Shown piece by piece: positions 1 to 13,300 of a stretch of 49,992 bases of DNA (position 1 is its first letter; each line of letters opens with the position of its first letter). This DNA comes from Candidatus Omnitrophota bacterium (lineage in GTDB: Bacteria; Omnitrophota; Gorgyraeia; JABMRN01; RBG-13-46-9): assembly GCA_049642705.1 (NCBI GenBank), contig JBARPB010000068.1, positions 1 through 49,992 on the forward strand. The letters are read 5' to 3'. Under the pieces are notes generated by a model. The model did no database searches and was not told where the DNA came from. It saw only the letters and a list, made by a program, of their open reading frames with translations. The translations under genes and the position numbers were made by a program.

Positions 1-1330
1 TACCAGGCGTTGAACTGGGATATTCTTTCTTCACTGATTAATTCCCCTCTAACTTTCATGCCTTTTCTCGGCCTTAATATGAATTGCTCGATAACGCCGA
101 AGAAATATCCGAGGGTGCCGAGCAAAACAGCGCCGCCTATGATGGCATTGAAGAACATGGCAAAATACCACGGCAGGCGCAGGAGCTTTCCAAAAACAGG
201 CAAAAAGACTCCCGTCGCCCCGTCTCCACCCGGCATTATGCTGGACATAATCGGAGTCAGGGACGATATGCCGGCAAGCGTGAGATAGACACCTACGATC
301 ATAAAGGCCGCTCCCCCGGCAATCGCATACCACTTTGTCCTCCCTGCCTTTAGAAATTCCGGAGGATTTAATTTGGTTTTATCTTTTTCTCCTTTAGGCG
401 CACCCATGAGCCAGGCAGCACCCGGGCCGAATATGAACGCGGCAACCAGAATTGTGGCTGCTCTAAGTACAAGGTCAACCGGTACAAAATTCGTTAATTG
501 TGAGGCCAATAATGGAGGCATAATCAGAACGGCTGCAATAATGACAGATTCTATTATCGGCCAGAGATAAACTGAACGCCATAGTTTTCTTTTTGCTTTA
601 TAATCCTTTGTTTCTCTGCGTTCTTTTATTGTATCCCGGAATTTACGATATGCGGGTAATATGCCTAATACCGCTGCCGCAATAATGCTTGTCACCATTA
701 CAGCTTTGGGCGTAAGGAAAAGCATTCCAGCTATGGGAGCTCCTGATATCGCCATAAAAACAGTGGAAAGGCCTATCGCGAGGGACCACCTGAACTTAAC
801 AATATAGTCAAACAAAGGCGGATTCGCGCTTGTTTCGAGAAATGACGGCCACGTGCCGGCCGATTTCTGCCCCTTGGCGTGAGATTTTACTTCTTCTTTT
901 GTCCCTTTGAAACCGTGCCACAATTGTACAGGTTTTAAAACGAGCTTCATCAAATAAACTGTCGTAGAGGAAACAAGTTCAAAAACGCCTATTGGTATAT
1001 CGTGTATTATGAACGATGCGAGTACGTTGAACGGCTTGGCAGTCCTACCAGTACCAAACGGTGTAAGGGGTGGTTCGACAATTCCGAATATGTAATTAGT
1101 AAGAGGGCCTGTAAACTTGGGGTGAATCAGGAGAATCATTATAACTAAAAATATGATTTCTCCGACAAATGGAAACGCAATTTCGAAAACGCCGGGTCTT
1201 AGCATCGCGTAGAAAGTAAATATAAGCTGTATTGCCCATATTGGCTCGGAGAACATGCCCCGCGTAACGAGGCTTTCCGAATATTCCCCTCTTAAAGGAA
1301 GCTTGGGCTTGACCGATTGGTCAATAAGTG
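1..1330 (-). other. Polytopic membrane region following the GT2 domain (continues beyond the window)
   Basis: Translation gives successive hydrophobic stretches, for example IWAIQLIFTFYAML, FVGEIIFLVIMILLI, LAIGLSTVFMAISGAPIAGMLFL, IIESVIIAAVLIMPPLL, YAIAGGAAFMIVGVYLTLAGI and FNAIIGGAVLLGTLGYFFGVI (the last verified at 3-182). Confidence 0.5.
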
Positions 1331-4300
1331 TAATGGTTGTCTCTAAGATTTCTTTTTGTGGCCTTAAGCGGAATTCGAGTTCCTCGGCGAATGACGCAAA
1401 TTCCTTTCTTCTCCGGCGGCTTAGGGTTCTTAATTTCTTGCCGCGGACTTCGTCGCGGAGGAACGTATAAACATTTACGTATGGACCCCTCATCTTTTCA
1501 GCACACTCACCTCTTATACTTTCAGAAGCATCGTCTTCAGAATATTCTCTGTAGATACGGATGGAATCATTGCATGCCTTTAATGCTTTATTGTAATCGG
1601 TTTCCGCTACGCCCAGGCTAAGTATAGCACTCTTATTATTAACTAGAAAATCCTGCAGGCCTTGCAGCGTATTTCCCTCTTCTTCCGCTGTTTTTATTAG
1701 CTGTTCTGCGTATTTTTTCTGCCACTTGAGGAACTTATTGCGTTTTCCGTGCAGGTAAATGAAATTGCGTATGTCAAACGTGGGCAGCCACTTCGTTTCC
1801 TCTCTTTCCAGCTCTGACATATAGCTGGTAGGCGTTGCTTCATATATTATTGCTTTCGGAACATATCCGACCCTTCCGAAAATCCCATGGTAGGCGTCCT
1901 CGCTCTGGAGGTATTTCCTGTCGAGCTTGTACATGCTCTGGAATTGATTACCCGCAACTTCCACATGATAATATGGTTTTACCCTGAAGAAATATTTACC
2001 GAAGGACCTAACGCCTCCTTCCGCCAAAGTAGCGGCTGTCTGCGAGAAATTACCCAGAGCATTATTTGGGGTATGTTTCATTACGTAAGCGTATAAACTC
2101 TGCGGCGCATTATAAAATTGTATCCGCGGCTGCCAGACCATATAGTCGTCGTTCATGGTATTAATCATTCTGAGAACTGTATCGGATGTTGCGAAGTTAT
2201 CGCTGTCTAGAATTGAGCCGTTGGCAAGCAACGGTTTTCCGTCATCGGAAGTTTCGCCTCTTAATCTGCGGAGGTTTTTGAGCCCTTCGGCTGTCGCTAT
2301 TATACCGTATTTGCCATCCCCTTCCCCTACGTGAGGAATGCCGTCATTTCCGGTAGTTACATTACCGGGAACCAGATCTTGCGTTTTGACGCCGAATATA
2401 AAGTCTTTTGTTACGGGGTCGTTTTCTTCATTCTCCCGATTTAACCATCTGAATACCTTGTAGAAGTTATGCGGTTTGGCAACTCCTTTCATGCAGAATA
2501 CATAGAACCGGTCCTTCACGTCGGGCCTGTTTGCAAGGTCCGGATTTTCGTAAACCAGTTCTTTTAAAATATCGTAGTACTGTTTGTAGAGCGCCTCTGA
2601 ATTGCCCACCGCCTGCAGAATAAGTACGCTGACTACATTTTCGGAATTTATGTCTTTTAATACCTGGACATTTTTATTAATAACTCCTCTTAATTGGTCG
2701 TTGTTTATCGGCCGGAGCGGATTTATCATCACGAAACTTTTATCATCGCTTATTTTCGAAATTTCTATCGGGGATTTAAGGTCGGGTACCATGTTGAGTA
2801 TATTACCCACAATCCATACGATAAACTTAAGAAGGTAGATATCGATGATTATTGTGACGAGGTATATAAACGTAGCTGACCAGATAGGCAGCACAAAGTA
2901 GCTAGCGGCGGTGATTGCGTTGAAGTTCACGATGCTTATTGCAAGGGTCGTAAGAAGCGAGGTGCAGAAAATAAGAACTAATTTAAAGGGCAGGTGCTGC
3001 CTTAGAATTATATCCTTCTCTTTTTCGTCCCTGAATTCCTTCAAATCGGCCCCTTTGGGCTTTGTAAGGCCCCTCCAGGGCGGGGATTTGTTCCACTTGT
3101 ATAGCTTGTGAACTGCGATTGCAAACGTGACCACGGCGGAAATTACTATCGATATAAGCAATGTCGGGTTAGAGAGTATGTATAGAATAGCCGGATAAAA
3201 TAGATAACCTGCCCCTGCCACGCTAAGGCCTGCAATTATAGCTGTAATCATTTTCCGCTTTGTTGTTACTTCTGCTTGTTTATCACTAACAGTATCGCGC
3301 ATTTTTAATAAAGATTCCGTTGTGGGCTTGCCTGTTCCTGCTTTATCGCTGCTTTTGGGTTCATGTTTTGTGGTCAATTTTTTTCTGGAAAGCACTCCAT
3401 AAATAATTCCATATATGAATATCAATGATAAAATTGCTCCGGCTAATAATAAGGTAGAGAGCTTAGGGTTATTCCTTAAGTATTCATAAGCCCATGTTCT
3501 TTTTTTCTCAAGCCATGACCACGATTCCTGCCAGACTTCTTTATCCACCGCTTCGGTAAGCAACTCTTCTTGTGCTATCTTGTGCATAACGTTTATAGGT
3601 CTTGATAGATTCTCTTCCAGGAATTTTTTGTCATAATTAAAAATATCTTCGTCCGCAAGCCCTATATTCTCATCGGCAAAAGTATTTTGCGAATCTAAAT
3701 AGACCATTATATCCCTGAGGTTCATATGGGTAAGTAAATCAAAGGTGAGCCGCGGCGCCGCGGTTCTGTCGGAGAATTTGTCTTTCTTTTCATTGTCGCT
3801 TATTGCTTTTTGGCGCAGCGCGTCCATTTCCAGCGTCCTATCGACCAGCATCTTTATAACAACGGGGTTAATCTTCCTTTTGACCATTTGTTTTTTTATC
3901 TCTTCTTTTTTCAAAAGGATAGATGGGTCCTTCAATCTCGGAAGTTCTCTAGTCAAAACTTCTCCTATTGCGGCTTCATCCGGTTTTTCCTCTTTCGGAA
4001 GTTTTGCGACGCCCAATGAAAACCAGTTGTCGGTTGTATAAGCGATTTTAGCAAGCATCTTCTGGTCTACGGGGATTCCAAGGCGCTCCATTTCTTCTTT
4101 GACTTTCTTAATAGCGGCTATCCAGTTTTCCAGGTCTTTCTGCTCTAAGCCGTTGGCGAAAGCGTTGTTTGCCATAAGCTGCTTTTGGTCTTCGGTGATT
4201 TCCAGGCCGATTCCCTCTTCCTTGCCGAGCGCCCTGTTTAAATATTCCTTTAGTTTAAATATACTTCCCAAGTTTCGCATTTCCTGCTCAAGAATAGCTT

Positions 4301-7300
4301 TGAGGCTCAAATCATCTATTTTTTCCATCTTTGCTTCCAGATTTTTCTTTCTTCCCGGCGGTAAGTTTTCTTCGTTTACCGCTATTATCAATTCCATCTT
4401 AAGCCGGGTTTTTATCTCATCTAAAATCTGCTTTTCGTATCGTGAGCCAATAAAATCTACCTTATCGGAAACTAGTCTCGCTAAGCCGGACGCAAATAAG
4501 CGCTGCTGTTTGGAAAGCTCTCTTCCGTTGTTATAAACTTCGGCGTAAAGCCTGATGACCATTTCGGGAATCGTAACAAATTTATAGATTACTTCGTCTT
4601 CGCTATACCCTACGGTGAGCATTTTATCGTCTATATAGAAGCTTATTTCACCGTCCGTCAATTCTACCCCTGCGTTTTCTTCCGCTTTTCTCCTCAAAGA
4701 TTCTATAAGGCGCATTCGCTCTTCTTTACCGGTCACCGCGTCCTGCAGCATCATGCGAAGCTTCCTTGCTCTTCTTGCTCTTTCCGTGGCTATTTTTTCT
4801 TTATATTTTTCTAAAACCTCATTATATATAATTCCTTCCGACATGCGGTCTTCACATTCCCACTTTCTCTGTTGTACGCCTGCGATTTTTTCAACAAGCA
4901 AAGGCCACATAAAGCCCTCCAAGGTTTTTAGCTGCGGCCTTATAAGGGCGATAATATCGCCTTCTCTTCTCTTGCCCTCCTTATAAATAAGGGGTGCCGC
5001 TAAGTCCGTAAAACCCTTGGATACGTTCCTTACGCTCTCTACAAGCTCACCCTTAGCTCTTGTTATCTTGCCTTCGGTCATGCCCTGGTTTTTACCGCGC
5101 TCTCCGGAGAGTATTTGTTCCAACTTCTCGAAATGCTTTACCCTATTTTCGAGTTCATCTTTTGTCATGGTCTCTCCGAACACTACTATCCATTTCTGCA
5201 GGAGATAACGGTAATCCTCGAATCTTCCTAAAGGCATAAAGGCCCATTCCGAATGGTATGTAGTTTCGAATCTTCTTATCTCTCTTCTCAGTTCATGAAT
5301 ATCAAGTTTTTTCTCATCGCCTCCCCTTACCTGGTATAATATACTGTAGATATTGCACCAGTTGAAAAATCTGCCTTGCGTCCTGTACTCCTGCTCTTGA
5401 ACAACTTCTATATCATCAAAGGTATTGTCCATATAATCTTTTGGGAGGCCCCGGCTATGCATGCGAACTACAAAACCCCAGACCTCCGCTTCGGTAGCTT
5501 CTGGAATAAGGTCAGCTACATCTTTATTATATTTTCCCCTTATTTTATCGCGCAACTTGCGTTCCCGTTCCCTGAAGTAAGCCGCACAGTCTATAAATTT
5601 GCCGATTGTTTCTTTTGTATAACCACGTGTTCTCTCAAGGAGCGTCATTAAATTACCTACTTTGCCGGCTTCAAGCCTTTGCGGTATTGTTATGATTCCT
5701 GTCTCCAATATCTCTTTAATCTTTTTTTCTGCGTCTTTTAATTTAAGATCCTGTATGCAACGAATGAGTACGGACTTAACTTCGGGAGTTACAATAATCG
5801 TCCGTTTATTGTAAGCCATGTACACTGCCTGGATGTAAATACGTTTTTCTATATCCTGAACCAGCTCTTCACGGGTTTCAATTCCCTTGCTAACTATGTA
5901 ATCTGTACCGAAATATACGGCTTCCTGGTCATTTACAGCTTCCAGGCCGAGTTCTTCTATGTAATCTCTTATTTCTTCTTTCTTTTCTTTACTAACATCC
6001 CATTTCCAGTCTTTTTTGTCTTTCAGTTCTTCAAGCAATCTTATGGACGCATCTTCTTTTGCTTTTTGCGCGGCATCTATATTCTTAAACACTTCCTCAA
6101 CAGCCAAATCCGGCTTATCGTATTCCTTCCTTAGCCTGTCGACAAGCCTTGCGTAATAGGGTAGCGCCTCCATTTCCAGCTGTTTCCAGTTTGTTTCGGC
6201 TGCCTTATATATATCGGCCATCGTGATAAAGAATTTTTCCATTTCCTCCGGCGAAAACTTGCCATCGACCATAAACTGCGGCTCGTTATCGATGGTGAAC
6301 TCTATGGTGAACTCTGCCCATGCCTTTAAGGTTCCGAGGTACCTACCCTGATTCATTCCGTAGTAATCAAACTCTAAGGGTTCGGCGCCTTCTTCAATTG
6401 CCCTGGCAAGCGCTTCGTCCTGCATGGCAAGTATGTCTTTAAGATTCTCGCCTATATCAGATTCGTAAAGATATCTTGCCAAACCAAGGCCTTTGGGATC
6501 TAACATCCTATATATTGACCCTATAGTCATGCCTTCGTTGAGAGATAACCTGGCGGGTATTACTGCGCGGTTCTTTATATTAACGGCATCGGCAAGTCCT
6601 GTGTCTTCGCTATAAACCTCCGGTACTGCCTGCCTTAATTTTACGAGATTATCCAACACAAAGTCCCTGTCGCAGGTAAGGAATAATGCGTGCGGCGAGA
6701 GGTGCGCCTGCCATTGGGTGTACTGTGGGCCAAACATTAATGCGGCCCTGTTCTGTGCTAAAAGAGATGTGCCTTTTTCTCCGCTGTATTTTCTCTTCGT
6801 CTCGCATGCGGAGTGGAAAGCCGCTATACTCAAGCCGAGTATATTACGCCTCTTGCCCTGGTCTTCTATAACGCGCCTGTAGTTATTAATCAGCATTTTC
6901 ATTACAGGGTTAGTATCTTCTGCTACAAGCATATTAGGCAAGCACAACTGGAATGCGCCTCCGTCCCATGTTGCGAGCACCGGTATTTCTTCGCCTGTTA
7001 ACAATTTGTAATTCCTTATCTCGATATCAGAGCTTAAGATGGAGTCCCTATCTATTTTGCCCATAGCCGCAAGGATTTGGCTATTTAGCCTTGATTCGCT
7101 TCCCAGTGTGCCGGCCGGATGCCATGTTTCTTTTGAATCTCCGAGCATACCCCCTACGAGAAGCTTTCTATCTCTATCGTAAAGTATGGTATAGTCTTGT
7201 GATTTTATTATCGAATCAGCCACTCTTTTTATTTCTTTCCCTTCTTCTGTGGCATCGTTTTTGTAGGCTTCTGATACTATTTTGAGGCAGGCTGTCAAGT

Positions 7301-10300
7301 TTGCGTTATCAATAGAAGGCAGGTAGTAATCTTCTATGGTGGGTATGCCAAGGCCTTTGGTTTCGTACCATGCATAAAAAAGACCGGATTTATGTCTTTC
7401 CATTTTTTCCATTGTTTTTAACATCTTTAGAATCGCGCTTCTTGCCTCGTCTTCGGTGGCTATCTTCAAGTCTCTTGCGGCGACAAATGAAATAAGCCCC
7501 ATACCTATATTGGTAGGCGAAGTAGTTGTCTGTAAGGGTACTATTTTCCCCCGGGCAACTTTATATTTATCTATGGGAATGCCGCTTTTGGATATCATGC
7601 GCTTCATTGCATTAAATGCATCTTTAAAATAGCTCTTCAAAGCTTCTGTTTTTTCGGCTTCTGACATGGCCTCGGCCGGGGCGGTAGGCGTAGCGGGGAG
7701 AGGCGCTGCTTCTTCCATTATCCTGCGTATATACTCGTTAAATCCGTCTTGTATTGCTATCGTTCTGTCAATTTGCTCAATGCCTTTTTTCATTTTTTCG
7801 GCAAGGGGTAATTTACTTAAATCCCTGTCGTCAGGCCTTACAATATTTTCCGCTATGCTAAGGATAGTTCCCATTACCTCGCCCATGAGCTCGTTATCTT
7901 CTTCTGCCTCGGCTTTCTTTATAAGATTACACAATTCTCCTTCCGACAGAGCATGGCCCTTAATGGCGAATCTGCCGTTTATCAGGATTTTCTCGATTTT
8001 TTCTATTGTCTGGGCCGCGCAACGCAGCATGGCATTCATCTCTTCTTCGGTAATAGGCTCTTTCCGTTCCTCGATTACGCCGGCCTGGTTCTCCCGGGTG
8101 CGCATTGACCTCTCAAGCGCCATGAGTTTACCTGCGTCTTTTGGGCTGTCGAGATTGAGCAGCCTTTCAAGGGGCTTACGATAAAATTCCTGCGCCCCCG
8201 GCATTATACCCTTCATCCTTGTAAGCCTTTGGTCAAGGTCCGGGATTGATATTCCTTCTTTTACTACGACTTCAATCGCATAGAAATAGAGAAGGCCGAA
8301 GTCATCGGGATTTGCGGCATCCATCTTGCGCTCAAGGAATTTTTCAACCGGTCTTTTCACAAGCGCGATATTTTTATATATGGTTTTGAGCTCTTTTGAT
8401 AAGGCATTAATGGTAGCTTCCTCAGAAATATCCGGACTAATTGTAAGGCGTTCCGCGCTATCTTTTTCTACGATATGGGTAACGCCGTTTCTTTCAAATA
8501 TCCTATCGGTCGGTTTGATAACAACACTTTCCCCTTCCCTCGGAATAAGAATAACGCTCCCGTTATCTCCTGCCTTAACCTTGAAGGTCTCGAGTCCGAG
8601 TTTTATCCAGCCCATATTATCATCTTCTTTTTCAAGGTCTCTTGCTGATGGCAGTGTTTTGGTATGCAGTTCTATAAGGAAATCTGCGGTGGAAAGAACC
8701 TTTCCGATTTCCAACTGGTCCATGATTTCCTGTATTTTCATTACAATGGCTTTCTTGTCTTCTTCGTGCACAGGTTTCCCTTCCCGTTCCAGCCTTTTGT
8801 ATCTTCCCACGAGCCTGCCGATTTCGACGAAGTCCGATTTTCTCATATTTTCATATTCGCCATTTATACCGCGCTCTATGTGGTCTAGTAATTGATTAAG
8901 GGCGCGTTCATTTATTTTGGCTTTACCGTCCTTGCCTATCAACCGCCCAAGAAGATGATTGATTTTGCCCACATAACGGATATAATTAAATTTCTCGACA
9001 TCCGTTTGGATTTCGACACAAAGATCCGTAAAGAGGTCCAGTCTTTTATAATCGCTGATCGTAGCCCCCGAGGGATTCTTCATATATCGGTTTGACAAGA
9101 ACATGACCGCAAAACTGTATTCTGCTCCCGCTGCTTTCAGGTCGCCGTAAAGATGATATGTCCTACCGGGCCTTAGCCTCTCGAGTGCCTTCTTGGCAAC
9201 CATCCTGAGGTATTTCCAGTATCTTTCGTCATCCATCCTCTGGAACCTGTATTTTCTGGTGTCATTACGCATAATCCTTAGCGTCTTTATGAAATCGCCG
9301 GGGTCCTCCCCTTTGTATCCTTTGCCTTCATACCAGGTTTCAGGATTCCTGAACCAGTCTACGAGTTTTTCCTGTATTACCTGCCAGTCGCGGTCTATAG
9401 CGTCTAAAATATTTACCGGAATACCCTCCTGCAGTGAATCCATGGCCTGGCCCGAATAATGGTCTATGAGGCCCAGGAGCCTTACGGTGTTAACACCCAT
9501 GTAACCCTTGGCCTCGTGAGTAAGCAGGCCTTCGTATCCGCTTAAAAACGGAAACATGGTGCAGTCACTCTTGATAGACATGAATATGCCCCTTATATCG
9601 GATGGTTTCACAAGATTGGAATATTTAATTTCCCCTGCGACTTCTCTTTCTATTCCGGATACGTCTACCATGTAAACCGTTCCGATTTCGCCGAGAATAA
9701 AGCCGGTAAGGTCCTTTCTTTCACTTTCCGATAAGCTTAATTTATGTTTTTCGGCTATGCCATCTATGAAGTCCCCTATTTTTTCTCTTGCGACCCTTTT
9801 AAAGAAGTTGTTCCAGTTTTCGACTATTTTTTTAGTGACCATCTCTTTATATCTTATCTCTTCTGCGTAATCGCCCTTTGATTGGCCGATAAGCGTCGTG
9901 CTGTCTTCGTTTTCTATTATCAATCTTGCAAAATCTTCGAAACTTATAAATCTTTCCTTACCGGGGACTTCATGCTGCCTTGTCCAATCCAGTGTTTCGT
10001 TTATCAATATATCATACAACACTCTTATATTTTCTTCTGCTCCGGCGTAGGCGCTAAGATCAGGTGCCGGTTGTCTTATTCGGGTTTCAGTCTGTGGAAT
10101 ATCCCAGTTCCGCGCCTCGTAAGGTTCTTCCGCCTCCGGCATGAACGCTGGAATGAAGGGTGTAATTATTCCGCGATTATTTTCCAGAAATCTGAGCATG
10201 CCGATCCGTAGTTTCTTTCCTGCAATCTCCCGTTTTTTCTCTTCGATTTCTTTCCTCACTTCTGTTGCCCGGGCCGGCTTTACTTCCTCTTTTACAAATT

Positions 10301-13300
10301 GAACCGCCGGGGTTTCAAAAGTTGTCGGACTTCTGAAAATTTTTCCTTCGTCTATGCCGAGCAGTCTTGCGTACTCTACCAGGTTATCAACGGCGTTTTT
10401 GTGCGCAAACCGCGCGTTGTTTAAGGCATCTACGCTTTCGGTATACTCAATTTCCGCAGAGCTTAACTCTTCCGCCACTTTGTGGATTCCGGACCACAGT
10501 GTCTTATCGGGAATATTTTCAAATTCGTCCCATTTCTCGCTAAGAAGTTCCATTGCCAAACCCGCCCGTTCTGCGGCAAGGACACATCGCCTTGCCGTAT
10601 AGTTGATGCTATCAACCATGGCATCAATCCTATTTTCTACCTCAAGCCTTTTTTGTTCTTCGAGCCGTTCGAGCTCATGTTGCATAAGCTCTTTAATCCT
10701 TACCTTCTCTTTTTCGGTGTTGCCTATCAATCTGATAGACCACTCCATTCCCATATCCCACGTTAGCGATGCTCCTCCGCTTCCCGCCACAGCACTACCC
10801 AAGATGCTTAGCCTCGAGCTTCCTTCAGGGCCCTTTGGTATAATCCTGCCTAATATGCCCTCGCCGCCAAGCGCCGCCTTTTCCATTAATAAAACGGCGC
10901 GCTCCGCGTTGATACTATTAAGGGTCGGGTCTTCTTTGAGCGCCATAACAACAAATTTATCCATGTCCGGGAGCCTGACTTCTCCGGAGAAACTATTCCA
11001 TCGCGCTTCAAGCCATGTTTCCTGTAACTGGTTTAATTTGGGCTCGTCTTTACTATGCACATCTATTGTCGTTATCGTCCTTCCCGAATAATCCTTTACG
11101 TCGTGTTTATGCCTGTGCCAATGGCCGAACCAATAGAAAATACCTTTTTTGGCCTTATTGACTCTTTCGAGTTCGTTGGCATATGCTTCGTACGCTTCCC
11201 GTTCTTTTGTGTCGACCTTTTCTTTCTCAAATTCGCTCATAATCCTTCCGCCGAATATCGGAATCCTTATACCGGTCGCATCAACTGTTTTTAAAAGGTC
11301 CAGTAAGTCACTTTTAGCGCTTTCGAAACGTTCCCTGGCAATGGCAAGGTCCCTCTCGGCCATTGCGACGGCGTCTTCCGCGCCTCTTATGCCCTTTTCA
11401 TCCCCTTTAAAATAAAGGGTTAGATTTCGGGCTCTGGCGGCAATTGTGTCAAGGAATTTCTCTGTCCTTTCTATTCTTATCTCGGCTATTTTTATCGCCT
11501 GCGCCGCGGCAAGCATTTCATTTACTTTTGTTATAAGTGCCTGGCGAAGCTCAAAATTTCTCTGAGAAAGTTCGTATTCTCTTACTTCCAAATGTTTCCT
11601 GGCAATCGGTATATCCTCATCGAGGAAATCTATTCTATAGGCAGCCCCTAAGGACATATTGTACTCGAGGGGACCTGTTTCCGGTTGTGTAACGCTTAAC
11701 TGAAATGACGCGTCGATTCCTTTTGCAAAAACAAATAACTTCTCTATTTTCGATTCCTCGCGCGCAAGTTCCGCCCTATCCCTGGCATCTTCGTCGATAG
11801 TCGTGATTGCTTTCTTCCGTAAGTCCTCTTCGTCAAGTTCCTTTCCGAGTGTTTCGTATTCACTTCTGTAAATCTCGGCTATTGCCCTGTCGATTGCGCC
11901 GGCGAGCGCCAGCCCTACCTGAGATCGCACCGCGATGGAGGCTTTTAATATCTCATCCAGGTATATTCTTTCCACGTCATTTCCGTATTTCTTTTTGAGG
12001 TCAGATAGGGTGTCTTCGGCCCTCGAGAGGCGGCCCATATAAATAGCGAGTATCCTCTCGGTATTCTCAAGATGCCACCTATTCATATTTCGTTTGTTCA
12101 GCGTGGTAATTAATAAATCCCTCCTGTCGCGCTTGGCTTTTTCCAGCCATTTTTTTGCGCTTTCGATATCTATTCTCCTGTCTTTCCGAATTACGCCCTG
12201 CCATAAATCAACGCCGGTACCCCCTGCTTTCGCTGTAAAATCCAATGAAAACATGAATCTGAAATTTGGATTTTTATTTGCTATTTCAAGACATTTCTCG
12301 GCTATTAATATGTTAAGGTCTGCCCCGTCGAAATAGATTTCGTAGTCATAGTTATTTTTTATAAATGCCTCCAGCCTGTCCGATAACTCTCTCGCTATCG
12401 CATCCGGCCTTTTTCCCCTAAGGGAATCGGCGAAAGCTATCCCCAGTTCGGCATGTTCATCCAGTCCCACGATTTCTTTTAAATTGCTTTCCTCCCGGCG
12501 TATGATTTCCAGGTTTTCGTATCTTTGCGCAATCGCAAATTCGTATTCAATTTGCGCTCTGTATAATTCTTTTACCGCATCGAGCACGCCTTTGAATCTC
12601 ATCTGTCCGGACAGGCTCAATACCCCTTCCAAGATCTTTTCCGCTTCTTCGCCCCATTCATTCAGTAAATCGGCGAACTCCTTATCCTCCGTTATCCGAA
12701 TTTTTTCCGCGATGCCCTCCATTTTCTCCAAGCCTTCTCTCAGCCCCTTGGTATCTATGTTATTTCTGTCAAATTCCGTCAGAACCCTTTTTGCTTTTAC
12801 CATCCATAACGGCTGTGATTCAAGGACGCTTTGTTCCCAGTTAAAATGAAGCGCATAGGCCTTGCATAAATCGCTGTACGCTGACGCTATGGATTGGGCA
12901 ATATCATTGTCGATCGACCTTATGGCCTGCTGGCGAAGTTCCCAGTCAAGTCCGTATAACTCGAGTTTTTCCTTCTCGCCTCTTTTTACCTCGAATTCAG
13001 TCCCTAAGAACGGCCAGCCGGCTTGCACCTTTCGCAGTTTAACGTTGGACCCCGGTAATCTGGCTTCTTTAAATTTATCTTCGTACCTTATTTCTGCCGC
13101 TTCTGAACTAATTTCTGCCTGCATCCTGTCGTGTCGCCTGTCCCTTGCCATAACAATGAGACTTTTCAAATTCATATTCTCAAGTTTTGCCTCATCTACC
13201 GGCTCGAGCATTTTTCTTGCCCTTCTGGCATATAGAAGCTGCGCGCCCAATAAATCCAGCGTCTTTTTCCAGTCTCTATTGCATTCTACCTTACTTATCG

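Noticed and set aside
49-333. Minus-strand 94-aa ORF (Cys/Arg/His-rich)
   Set aside because: It is out of frame within the giant ORF. Its lowest codon coordinates are 1 mod 3, against 0 mod 3 for the giant frame, which gives a clean polytopic-membrane translation here. Its composition is not protein-like.
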